DNA of 63,636 bases, the filler included, from Candidatus Tectimicrobiota bacterium (GTDB lineage: Bacteria; JACPSX01): NCBI GenBank assembly GCA_016193065.1. It is 6 parts of 6 records of this genome, joined end to end, with 100 filler letters (N's around TTAATTAATTAA, not from the genome) between each part and the next. Parts side by side here need not be neighbours in the genome. Positions count along the whole stretch, not along the records: positions 1 to 18,980 come from JACPSX010000038.1; 5 more parts are not named here. One strand, 5' to 3'. Both the position numbers and the translations under genes were made by a program. The notes below the pieces were generated by a model. It searched no databases, was not told the origin of the DNA, and worked only from the letters and a program-made list of their open reading frames with translations. Positions within the stretch are counted from its first letter, which is position 1. Every line of letters begins with the position of its first letter. This document shows positions 1 through 7,938 of this stretch, piece after piece.

Positions 1-79
1 TGAAAAATCGGTGCCAACAAGACGGGCTTCTTGAACAATGGATTGAAACGACCTTGCAGGTCGTCTCAATCCTTATAGG

Positions 80-967
80 TTAGCCCCGTTCGCGGTTGAG
101 CAACGTTGATAGCGCCTTGGTCAGTTCGGCCTCGTCCTTCAATGCTTGGGCGAGGCGCTCCGAGAGTTCGGAAAGTACGATACGGACGCTACTGGCGAGT
201 TCGAGACACTCCTCATCGGATCTGTCGTGAACCCCTTCACTCAAGGCACTATGCAACAGCGCAAGGGGGTTGTGCCCATTGATGAGGAGGCTCTGCGGGA
301 TAGCGGTCTTGACCATCGCGAGGGCCTTCGAAAACTGAGTCTCCGATACTGCCGCGTTGAGTTCCGAAATGGCGGTAGCGTCAGCGCCAAGTCTTTCAGC
401 GACTTTGATCACTTCGCCGATGATCCGATTCTTCTGGTTCTCGACAACACGTCGGTAGTAAATGAACGCGCCGACCCCAAGGCCCTGGTTCTCACAGCGT
501 CGACCCTTCAGGAACTCATCCCGGTCAGGTCCGATGAGCTTGATCAGTCTGGCGGGAGTAGGCGGCCCGAAGGTCGGTAGTTCACCGAACTTGTACCCCG
601 ATCCAGCCGCCTGCTGTCGCGCGTTCACCTTCGCAGCCAGCGAGAAGGTCTTCTGATTCTGTTGACAGTTCGAACAGCGGTAGGTCAGGTAAAAGAAGCT
701 GTAGTCGGTCAGAAGTCTAGGAGCATCGTCCCCCACGAAGCGAAAGAAGCGCGGGCCATTGCAGGACTCGTTCGTGCAGTGAAGCTGAAGCTCAGGCGTT
801 CGGATCTGGTCCACCTTCGTCCCGTAAAGACTGCTGTACCCCGCTTCGGCGAGATCCGGAACGCCGATGATCTGATTCGGCGGCGTGGACTCCAGAAACT
901 CGGCAAGGGGAAGGTGTATCGGCTCTCGCTTTACTGTGTTCGCGTCGTCGGCAGTAGGTGGCACCAT
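80..967 (-). CDS. Hypothetical cassette-like protein with Cys pairs (possible Zn finger) and a DUF4145/HEPN-like C-terminal half
   Basis: 295 aa ORF. CTNESC and CSNC motifs; 'GRRCENQGLGVGAFIYYRRVVE' resembles DUF4145 helices (inference). Stop TAA lies inside the R''-like GGGGCTAAC. Confidence 0.65.
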   Translation of the reverse strand: MVPPTADDANTVKREPIHLPLAEFLESTPPNQIIGVPDLAEAGYSSLYGTKVDQIRTPELQLHCTNESCNGPRFFRFVGDDAPRLLTDYSFFYLTYRCSNCQQNQKTFSLAAKVNARQQAAGSGYKFGELPTFGPPTPARLIKLIGPDRDEFLKGRRCENQGLGVGAFIYYRRVVENQKNRIIGEVIKVAERLGADATAISELNAAVSETQFSKALAMVKTAIPQSLLINGHNPLALLHSALSEGVHDRSDEECLELASSVRIVLSELSERLAQALKDEAELTKALSTLLNRERG

Positions 968-986
968 AAGGCCCTCGTTCTAGGGG

Positions 987-1067
987 CTATTGAGTATACC
1001 GATCAGCATAGCACGGTTGCCGAAACGTCCCGCAACAGCCACGATTCTCTTGCCTTTCCAAGGAGTT
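987..1067 (-). promoter_or_regulatory. 81-bp left-border/promoter module, copy 1
   Basis: 71/81 identical to 4699-4779. Minus strand has extended -10 TGCTATGCT, a short inverted repeat, then ACTCAA|TAG at the cargo junction. Confidence 0.75.
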
Positions 1068-1262
1068 ATCAAGAGATCTTCCACTTCCCCAACGGACGTG
1101 AAACACTGCCGTCATGGACGGCATAATCCACTTATGGCTGCCGCAGGTTCGCCAACCCCGTCAATCCGTCTGCCGGACTACGAACCCCTCTCCCTCCTCG
1201 ATTCAAGACATGAGTGTAAATCGTCGTGGTCACGTCCCGATGACCCGACGAAAAGGGCGAGG

Positions 1263-1540
1263 AGGGGACGTTGTTTCCGGGTGGACTTAACGATATCGCT
1301 CAAGACCCGGCAGATCATCGGATCGAGCCGCCCGGACAACCGCGGAGGTTGTCACCCCCAGAAATCAAGGAACTTGTGCTCCAGGATTCTCCATCTTGCC
1401 GATGGCGAGTTGGCAAAACAGCCTCCTTCTCCGAAAAAGAGGCTGGGTCCCGGGGGCATCCAATCTCGACTGTCTGGTCATGCCCTCTCATTCCCCCAAG
1501 GTGGTGAACCTGTCAAGTTCATGCAGAAACAACGTCCCCT
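1263..1540 (-). mobile_element. Mini-element with TIRs derived from a Y1/HUH (RAYT-like) transposase gene, copy 1
   Basis: Ends AGGGGACGTTGTTT...AAACAACGTCCCCT. The minus strand encodes MTRQSRLDAPGT (from 1481) joined to a decayed C-terminal HTH 'LFCQLAIGKMENPGAQVP*FLGVTTSAVVRAA'. Confidence 0.8.
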
Positions 1541-1559
1541 ATCGCGCGCCGACAATTCA

Positions 1560-1680
1560 ATTCCTTCCCCCCGGGTACCCCGGGTGCCCTCTGGGCGTGC
1601 GGGGAAGGGCAGCCTGCCTGCCGCCTGCCTGTGCGTCACACGCAGACAGGCGCTTGCGGCGCAGGCAGGGATGGGGGTGT
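1560..1680. repeat. Nested REP-like palindromic micro-repeats
   Basis: Hairpin ttccttccccc...ggggaaggg contains gggtaccccgggtgccctctgggcgtgc (also at ~14136-14164), followed by cctgcctg...caggcagg units (related unit at ~42393-42421). Confidence 0.65.
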
Positions 1681-1788
1681 TCTTCCAAATCAGAGCGGAA
1701 TCACTTCCGGAAGCGATATCGTCGCGGAAACGAAGATCTTTTCGTCAACGGAGTTTTCTGCCCCTTGACGACAGGGCGATCAGAGGGG

Positions 1789-2082
1789 TTAGAGCCTGCC
1801 CAGCCAATACTCAGGCCGGCGTCGTTGGTGTGCCACAGCCAGAACTTGAACAACCTCGCCGACCTCTCGGTACAAGATAGTGTATGGAAAGCGTTGCAGT
1901 GTGGCTCGCCGAATGTCCGGGCGCCGCTCTACTGGGTAACGATGCGGGGCCTGGCACACGTTCTCCATGGCAGACTCAAACTCAGCCAAATAGGAAGCAC
2001 CAAGACCTGGTTGCCTCGACTCGTAGTAGGCGACGGATTCGAGATGCTCTGCCTCCGCCGCTGTGTGAAACTCGTAGTTCAC
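1789..2082 (-). CDS. Type II toxin, RelE/ParE family
   Basis: 97 aa with 'FHTAAEAE...YYESRQPGLG...RFPYTILYR...VLAVAHQRRRPEYW'. Overlaps the antitoxin by ATGA. Confidence 0.9.
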   Translation of the reverse strand: MNYEFHTAAEAEHLESVAYYESRQPGLGASYLAEFESAMENVCQAPHRYPVERRPDIRRATLQRFPYTILYREVGEVVQVLAVAHQRRRPEYWLGRL

Positions 2083-2303
2083 CGGAGGAGCGCCCGAGCC
2101 TTACGCCTGACTTCTTCGGCCGGGATCGGCTGCACCTCGCCTCGATCAATCTCCCGCGCGCGCCGCTCCGCTTCGATGAGCCATGATTCTCTAATTTGTT
2201 CCTCCGAAAGCGACTCAAGGCTCAAGAGAAGCTTCTGTGCAAGCTTGGCACGGTCTTCCGGCGACAGGTTAAGCGCTTCCTGTTCAATTGCCGTCAAATC
2301 CAT
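2079..2303 (-). CDS. Addiction-module antitoxin
   Basis: 74 aa with 'ALNLSPEDRAKLAQKLLLSL...W..EAERR'; lies directly upstream of the ParE-like toxin. Confidence 0.88.
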   Translation of the reverse strand: MDLTAIEQEALNLSPEDRAKLAQKLLLSLESLSEEQIRESWLIEAERRAREIDRGEVQPIPAEEVRRKARALLR

Positions 2304-2583
2304 AACTCCACCTCACTCCCAATCTCTTCGATCTCTAACGTATAGCTTCTTATCCCTAATGCCGAAGCGGAAGAAAAGCTAAGGTCACGCCCCCGAGGGC
2401 ATTGGGAATAAAGCGTGCTGGACAAAACCGCTGAGCGAAAATCTACCGCTTCCCATGGGGATTGTAAAGCGCAAAGGTGACGGAGGTGGGAGCAAAGAGA
2501 AGGGTACGGATGCGGGTTTTGAGAGGGATTGGGTCCGAGCCGATCCCTTCCAGGATTGTGCGGTACGACCCCAGACGGGACGA

Positions 2584-2850
2584 GGGGGACGTTGTTGCCG
2601 GGTGGACTTAACGATATCGCTCAAGACCCGGAAGATCGTCGGATCAAGCCGCCCAGACAACCGCGGAGGTCGTCCCCCCCGGAAACCTAGCAACCTGGGC
2701 GCCAGGATACCCCATCCTGCCTATGGCGAGACCTCCTTCTCCGAAAAAGAGGCAGGGTCCCGGGGGCATCCAATCTCGACTGTCTGGGCATGCCCTCTCA
2801 TCTTCCCCAAGAAGTGAACCTGTCAAGTTCATTCAGAAACAACGTCCCCT
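2584..2850 (-). mobile_element. Mini-element with TIRs derived from a Y1/HUH transposase gene, copy 2
   Basis: Same orientation and same internal deletion as 1263-1540. Encodes MPRQSRLDAPGTL (from 2791) and 'LAIGRMGYPGAQVARF.G.TTSAV'. Confidence 0.8.
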
Positions 2851-2934
2851 CGCGCTGCAAGCATCAAAAAGCAATTATGCAGGCCTGATCCTTCATTCCT
2901 TATAGGTTATCTGCTATCGCGGACTTTCATCGCT

Positions 2935-3681
2935 CTATAGAAACTTAAGGTAATCTATGTATCTAACTTTATAGCCATAGGCTTCAATGCCGTCTTCCAA
3001 TATATGCAAGAATGCGGCAAAATCTTCCGCTTCTCCGACCGAAAAGGCGGGATGCCTATAACGTCGCCTATCTTCATTAAGAGGCTTCTGCAAACATCTG
3101 CTTCTGAAAAGAGCACCTGATCTATTTCTCCCCAGTACCAGGCCAACGTCTTGATCAAAAAATTCCAGCATCGCATTCTGTAACAGTTTCTCTCCTTCTC
3201 CCGTGGTGATACTGACCCCTGAATCAAGAAGCAGAACAACATCCACGACAAAAGGAACAACTCTGTTGAGAGCCGAAGCCAAAAAGTTTCCTTTGGAGAC
3301 ATACCTGACGCTGTGGGGAGATGATTCGAGGAATAAAATACCATTGTCTCTGCAATACTGCATTATTTTCTCCTTGTGGGGGTGTGCGGAATAACATACA
3401 CACCAAGTGCTGATTCTTTTGGCAGTAAGATCGCCAATTAACTGTGAATCTCGTGAGTGATGTAAGCCGTGGTGCTCTGCGATGTTCTTGGCTATTATGG
3501 TACGTACCAGCGCACAACTTGCAAGAGTGAGACAAGCAGAATCGTGGCTTTCCGACTGAACTAAAACTACGGAGCTTAAGAAAGGGAGCATCAATTGTGA
3601 GATGCGCTCCTTCGTGTACGGCGGGTTGTCGTCATAGATGATCTCCTTTTGTTCCCTTCTTAGGAAGTCGAACAACCCCAT
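2935..3681 (-). CDS. Hypothetical protein in a low-GC cassette
   Basis: ATG 3681 (MGLFDFLRR) with GGAG RBS. AT-richer than the host genes. Bounded on the minus strand by GTTATCTGC (3722-3714) and its exact complement GCAGATAAC (2914-2906). Confidence 0.7.
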   Translation of the reverse strand: MGLFDFLRREQKEIIYDDNPPYTKERISQLMLPFLSSVVLVQSESHDSACLTLASCALVRTIIAKNIAEHHGLHHSRDSQLIGDLTAKRISTWCVCYSAHPHKEKIMQYCRDNGILFLESSPHSVRYVSKGNFLASALNRVVPFVVDVVLLLDSGVSITTGEGEKLLQNAMLEFFDQDVGLVLGRNRSGALFRSRCLQKPLNEDRRRYRHPAFSVGEAEDFAAFLHILEDGIEAYGYKVRYIDYLKFL

Positions 3682-3828
3682 GATCTGAATCTCCATGCGG
3701 AAGAGCTGCAATGGCAGATAACGGCGCGGCGCGCCAGAGCAGCCAGTTGTTCGTAGGTTCCTATCCTCAGAACTCTATGCGGTCGCCCGGACGCTTATCT
3801 GTTGCGAGCCCCGTTCTATTCACCGCGA

Positions 3829-4680
3829 CTACCTGACGACAGGAACCAAGTCTATCTTGTTGCCTGGTATTTCGCCGTCAGGCCAACTAATGACGACCAG
3901 TTCGTAGTGGTGGTAGTCTCGGGGTAACGCCCCTTTGTTGACTGTTTCGCTCACCAGGAGTCCGGTAGCTACATCGCGAACAAACGATGAAATGAAGACT
4001 ACCTTACCGTCCTCATAGCAGTACTCTTCGCCCGAAAAACCCCAAGGACGTTCACTCCACGTCTGAGAAATGACCAGACGGCTGAAATCCTTTGCCAACT
4101 GTGATGACACTGTGCCTTTGGGTTTTCCGCCGCTCAGGGCCACCAGTTTAATGTTCTTCGTTTCCGCAACCCTTTTGCCTGTTGTCAGGTCGTAAGTCTC
4201 GACGCGGGGAATCCCCAAACGAAGATCGGCGTCTTCATTCTGGAAGATGTACCGTGTTTCCCACCGTTGGTCCAAGGTGGCCTTCCGAATCTGAGCCCCT
4301 TGCCCCGTGAAGCGGAAGCGGGCCACGATGGAGCACCGCCGGCTTCCTTCGCATGGGAGGTCAAACGTAACCCTTAATCTTCGCTCCCGATCTTCGTCAA
4401 ACAATTCCGCCCCGTGAGCTACGGCGAAAGGTTCCCCGTTCTCGACAGTCCTGAATTTGGCCTCCGAGGCGATGTCATGCCCAACGTCTCCACCATACGA
4501 ATATGTTACCGAGATGGTGGGTGCAGAAGCGATAGAACTTCCCGGTGTCCTGGCAACTGCATGACCGCTTGTCTTCTTGTGATCACCAGAAGCCGTCTTT
4601 GTATCCTCGGTGCAACCAGCAACGACAAGAACTGCGAATAGGAGGGCGCATGCCAGCCTTCTCAGCAGGGCTTTCATCAT
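3829..4680 (-). CDS. Hypothetical lipoprotein
   Basis: 283 aa with signal peptide and lipobox LVVAG|C; AAGGAGG RBS. Starts just after the ACTCAA|TAG junction. Confidence 0.7.
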   Translation of the reverse strand: MMKALLRRLACALLFAVLVVAGCTEDTKTASGDHKKTSGHAVARTPGSSIASAPTISVTYSYGGDVGHDIASEAKFRTVENGEPFAVAHGAELFDEDRERRLRVTFDLPCEGSRRCSIVARFRFTGQGAQIRKATLDQRWETRYIFQNEDADLRLGIPRVETYDLTTGKRVAETKNIKLVALSGGKPKGTVSSQLAKDFSRLVISQTWSERPWGFSGEEYCYEDGKVVFISSFVRDVATGLLVSETVNKGALPRDYHHYELVVISWPDGEIPGNKIDLVPVVR

Positions 4681-4698
4681 TATCCTCCTTCCTGCGAA

Positions 4699-4779
4699 CT
4701 ATTGAGTATGCTGGTCAGCATAGCACGGTTGCCAAAACTTCCCACAACAGCCCCGCTTCTCTTGCCCTTCCAGGGAGTT
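4699..4779 (-). promoter_or_regulatory. 81-bp left-border/promoter module, copy 2
   Basis: Repeat of 987-1067. Perfect inverted repeat TATGCTG-AC-CAGCATA immediately before CTCAA|TAG. Confidence 0.75.
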
Positions 4780-4985
4780 GAGAAAACACATCCCGCCTGA
4801 GCGCACTTCATGAGAAACAATCTCTGCGATCCATCCCCGACTTTCTGGTGGAGCAAGAGTTTAACCCGAAGAGGAGCTGGTAGTTGTCGGTGGGCCAATT
4901 TTAACCCCTTCCGGTCTGGGGGCACAAGGGGATTTTTCAGCGTCCGGAACGATTCCAAAGCCCTCGGGGGGGGCGGGAGGTCTTC

Positions 4986-5079
4986 CGTTCATCCTTCGAC
5001 ACACTCAGGACGAACGGAGGAAGTCTTGAAATTGCTGAGGATTTACCGCTTGTGGTTCGACAGGCTCACCACGAACGGA
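4986..5079. repeat. REP-like palindromes (CCGTTC...TTCGACAGGCTCACCACGAACGG family)
   Basis: Two units; the same motif occurs inside the MITEs at 39849 and 42231. Confidence 0.7.
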
Positions 5080-5143
5080 AAAGGTCCGATGGAGGAAAGG
5101 CCCCCTGAATGTAGGGAGGACTTTCAAGTTGCTCCTCATCAGG

Positions 5144-5488
5144 TCAGGGAACAAACATTTCCTGCAGAACCGCCAGTACTGAAGCCACCGCGCTGGGTGC
5201 TAAGCGTCCCAATGGTCTCACCAATCGCTCGGTGTCAACCGTGCGTAACTGGTCGACTGCAACGAATCCCGCCCGCCCCTGAAAGCGGCATCGAACGCGC
5301 CATGGATAGGCACGTCCTCCCGTTGTCATAGGGGCGACAATTACTGTGCGAAGATGATGATTCAATTCGTCAGGAGAAACCACGAGGCAGGGACGCGTCT
5401 TGCGAATTTCGCTGCCGCGCGTGGGATCGAGCTGGACCAGGTAAACCTCGCCGCGAAACGGGGTGTCCCGCTCTATCGCCACTCCCAT
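5144..5488 (-). CDS. mazF: MazF/PemK family endoribonuclease toxin
   Basis: 'RGEVYLVQLDPTRGSEIRKTRPCLVVSPDELN...DQLRTVD' PemK signature. Confidence 0.93.
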   Translation of the reverse strand: MGVAIERDTPFRGEVYLVQLDPTRGSEIRKTRPCLVVSPDELNHHLRTVIVAPMTTGGRAYPWRVRCRFQGRAGFVAVDQLRTVDTERLVRPLGRLAPSAVASVLAVLQEMFVP

Positions 5489-5724
5489 TCCTCTTCGTCA
5501 AACCGCGTCGTTGTCGGCGGGTCAAGAAGCCGGTCGTCGCCCTGCTTCCGCATCCGCCGGGCTGCAGCCGCCCAACCTGCCCGAGGTCGGGCCGCTCTGC
5601 GTATCACAATGCGCCCAGGCTCGGCTTGCAGTTCGACTTCGTCCGGGAGCTGAGATTCCTCCAACAGCACCTTGGGGAGGCGTATACCGCGTGAATTACC
5701 GATCCGCACAATGCGAGTCTTCAT
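5473..5724 (-). CDS. mazE: AbrB/MazE family antitoxin
   Basis: 'MKTRIVRIGNSRGIRLPK' AbrB fold; overlaps the toxin start. Confidence 0.93.
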   Translation of the reverse strand: MKTRIVRIGNSRGIRLPKVLLEESQLPDEVELQAEPGRIVIRRAARPRAGWAAAARRMRKQGDDRLLDPPTTTRFDEEEWEWR

Positions 5725-5749
5725 CAGACACCTCAGTCAACGTGCTTAT

Positions 5750-5779
5750 ATTGTAATCACGCAGCAAACCGGTTGGCAA
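5750..5779 (-). promoter_or_regulatory. Putative sigma70 promoter of mazEF
   Basis: TTGCCA-18 bp-TACAAT, 26 bp upstream of the ATG. Confidence 0.6.
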
Positions 5780-5833
5780 GAGCATTCATGAGGGGGTATT
5801 TCCCGCTGCGTACGGGGGATTGGTCTTGCCGTC

Positions 5834-6200
5834 TCAATGATTGGCGGGGCGGGCGGACACGAACCACTCCTTGCCCTGACGCCCGGGGGCCGAGTTCGAT
5901 GGCTCGTACGCCGTGAGGAACGAAAAGAAAGGGCCGAAGAGGCGCTCGATTTCGTCGCGCCGGACCGGGAAAGGTGGGCCGCCCGTGCCATCCCGCACCG
6001 GCCAGAAGTTTGCCAGAAAGTAACCTCCGGGTTTCAGGATCTGGAGAACCATCTGGACATACTCGGGGCGCCTCTTGGGATAGCCCAGCCGGGAGAAGAG
6101 TCAGGGGGGGCGGATCTTTTTTCAAGTGAGCGACCAGTGGAGGTGTACCCGCACCCAGCTCCTAGTGGTCCTTATTGCTGTTGTAGAGAGTTTCCCAGAA
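5834..6200 (-). pseudogene. Thiopurine S-methyltransferase-like pseudogene, copy A
   Basis: FWETLYNSNKDH*ELG...; two internal deletions relative to the copy at ~8182-8770, including loss of SAM motif I. Confidence 0.75.
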
Positions 6201-6361
6201 CTACGGGTCACTCACAGAAGATCCGGGAGGGTGAGCAACTGTCTATTCACGGTGCGTTCCTACGTACAGACGCCGAAATGTCTTTTACTTCTTGCCCGAC
6301 CGCCCCTCACCCTTCCCCTCTCCGCACCCAAAGGGTACCCGGGGAGAGGGATGGGGAAAGG

Positions 6362-6402
6362 AAAGGCGGTGCTGTGGTCCACCGAGGTGCGCAGAACCGG
6401 CA
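6362..6402 (-). pseudogene. Duplicated fragment of the pdxA 3' region
   Basis: Encodes LPVLRTSVDHSTAF; near-identical to ~8926-8966 (LPVLRTSVDHGTAF). Confidence 0.7.
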
Positions 6403-6461
6403 GAGAAAAGAGGATGGACAGTCGCGTTGGGGGGAGAGTCAGACATGACTCACGATCCTGC

Positions 6462-6749
6462 CTAAGCTGCCGACAATCGCACGACGCGCAATTTCTTCCG
6501 GCGCCGCTCCGCCCGCCACAGATCATACTGCACCTGCTGGTTGAGCCAGCTTTCCGCCGTCGTATTGAAGGCAATCGACAGGCGAACGGCCATCTCAGGG
6601 CTGATCCCAGCGCGGCCGTTCAGGATGCCGGACAGGGTCTTGCGGCTCACGCCCAAGGCCTTTGCGGCGGCGGTCACACTCAAACCCAACGGCTCCAGAC
6701 ACAACTTTCGGAGCACTTCACCAGGGTGGGGAGGATTGTGCATCAACAT
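6462..6749 (-). CDS. higA: HigA family antitoxin (XRE HTH)
   Basis: '[12 protein letters not shown]...[31 protein letters not shown]'. Confidence 0.92.
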   Translation of the reverse strand: MLMHNPPHPGEVLRKLCLEPLGLSVTAAAKALGVSRKTLSGILNGRAGISPEMAVRLSIAFNTTAESWLNQQVQYDLWRAERRRKKLRVVRLSAA

Positions 6750-6758
6750 GCTCTCACC

Positions 6759-6812
6759 TCAATGATAGTCCTCGTAATCTACTTCCTCGGCATTTTTTCC
6801 CCCAGAGGAAAA
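6759..6812 (-). pseudogene. higB: 3' remnant of higB toxin
   Basis: Reads GKNAEEVDYEDYH* just upstream of higA, the canonical HigB C-terminus. The rest of the gene is missing and an in-frame TAA lies upstream. Confidence 0.75.
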
Positions 6813-6873
6813 TTATCTCTGGGAGCGATGTTGTCGCTGCGACGAGGAGTTTTTCGGCGTGGACGGCTTTGGA

Positions 6874-7194
6874 CTAGGGCATCAACTGCACCAGTCGGTC
6901 ACGGACCGAATCGCGAAACAACACTTCGATCTCAGCGATGTCGTCGTGCAACACATCCACGATTAGAAATCCTTCTTCCGGGTGAAGTGCAATCGTGCGG
7001 TGCCCTTTACCCCAAGGCCCTTTCGGATGCGGCAACGCGTACATTGTGGCGCAAAAATCGTCTCCGCACCGACAGCGGTCAACCACGTTCAAGCTGCTCA
7101 CTCTTTGCGCCAAGGCAATCTCGCCCTGGGCGTCGAGAAGTCGCGCCAGTTCAGCAGCCAACTCTGGAAACTGTTCTGCCAAACTGAACTTCAT
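6874..7194 (-). CDS. Hypothetical protein with a CxCxxxxC motif, probable cassette gene
   Basis: 106 aa with 'VVDRCRCGDDFCAT'; follows a degenerate attC. Confidence 0.7.
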   Translation of the reverse strand: MKFSLAEQFPELAAELARLLDAQGEIALAQRVSSLNVVDRCRCGDDFCATMYALPHPKGPWGKGHRTIALHPEEGFLIVDVLHDDIAEIEVLFRDSVRDRLVQLMP

Positions 7195-7237
7195 GCTTAG
7201 GCACCTTTTCTAAGTCGTGAGTCGTTGTCCTAGGCTC

Positions 7238-7292
7238 CAGGTGAGCCGCGAGAGCTTTGCGAGCGGAGCTCAGCCGCCGCCTTTGTTAGCCG
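7238..7292 (-). repeat. Degenerate attC site
   Basis: GGCTAAC-AAAGGC...TGAGC..CGC / GCGGCTCA-CCTGGAGCC-TAGG. R'' and inner arms are recognisable; the GTT of R' is lost. Confidence 0.55.
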
Positions 7293-7501
7293 GTCTCGGG
7301 ACTCCGTACCTTCTTTATTGCCGCCAGGATCTCATCAAGCGTCAGATCCTTGAACACGTCTTCGCGTTCCTCCGTGTAGTCTCCGTAACCTGTCGTGAAC
7401 TGGTTCAGAAACCGCACGGTGTCTACTATGCCCATCTCCTTAGAGAGCAGGTCAATCGCGTGTCGCGTAATCTCACTCAAGGGTTTTGCCTGGACATTCA
7501 C
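7286..7501 (-). CDS. Putative antitoxin partner of the PIN toxin
   Basis: 71 aa with 'RFLNQFTTGYGDYTEER'; 4-bp overlap with the PIN gene; stop lies in R''. Confidence 0.8.
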   Translation of the reverse strand: MNVQAKPLSEITRHAIDLLSKEMGIVDTVRFLNQFTTGYGDYTEEREDVFKDLTLDEILAAIKKVRSPETG

Positions 7502-7938
7502 TGCGTCACCTCCGCAATCAGCTCAAGCGGGGACACCACTTTGGTCTGTCCCGTATCCACCGCTTTGGCTCGTTTCAGAAATTGATCGTCGCATGTACAG
7601 AAGTAATCGGCCTTTGCTGCCACCGCCGAGGCCAGATGGAGCGCATCAACGGGTTTGATCCCTTCCGGTTGTAGTGCTCGTGCGCGTTCTTCCACTTGGT
7701 TGTCGATGGGAATGAACACTGTCGCTTTGCTTAATACTTTGAGGGCATACTCTTTTCGTACTGGATGCGGGTTGCGCTCGAGCTCGAATACAAGCGTATC
7801 GGAGGCCATCAACTCCACTTGCCCGGCTTCACAGAGCGCCAGGACCCCCAAAATAGCTTCCGCTTCTACTGCAATCCGAGGCTTCGTCTTGGTGTCAAGT
7901 GGGCGCTGAATGCTGCACATGTCGAGGTAAATCTTCAT
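7498..7938 (-). CDS. PIN-domain (VapC-like) toxin
   Basis: 'KIYLD...RP.D...EAEA...DALHLASA...DYFCTCDD' PIN acidic residues. Confidence 0.9.
   Translation of the reverse strand: MKIYLDMCSIQRPLDTKTKPRIAVEAEAILGVLALCEAGQVELMASDTLVFELERNPHPVRKEYALKVLSKATVFIPIDNQVEERARALQPEGIKPVDALHLASAVAAKADYFCTCDDQFLKRAKAVDTGQTKVVSPLELIAEVTQ

Larger units (their letters stand above)
1788..2339 (-). mobile_element. Integron-type gene cassette carrying the TA pair, attC truncated
   Basis: Starts GCTATAC-GTTAGAG (2339, typical attC right end) and ends with the complementary CTCTAAC (1794-1788) containing the toxin stop codon. Confidence 0.7.

Noticed and set aside
34-87. Hairpin GGATTGAGACGACC/GGTCGTTTCAATCC after gene 1 as a complete attC
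   Set aside because: AAC-to-stem and stem-to-GTT spacers are 6 and 3 nt, there is no extrahelical base, and the second copy of the border has no such hairpin. Not fully excluded.
990-2382. Long plus-strand ORFs over the MITE/TA region and other antisense ORFs (e.g. 32078-34270)
   Set aside because: Shadow ORFs in GC-rich DNA opposite real genes or across repeats; no motifs.
5133-5149. mazF end CCCTGACCTGATGAGGA as a third right-border motif
   Set aside because: Similarity to TAACCTATAAGGA is weak, and no matching R' box was found upstream.
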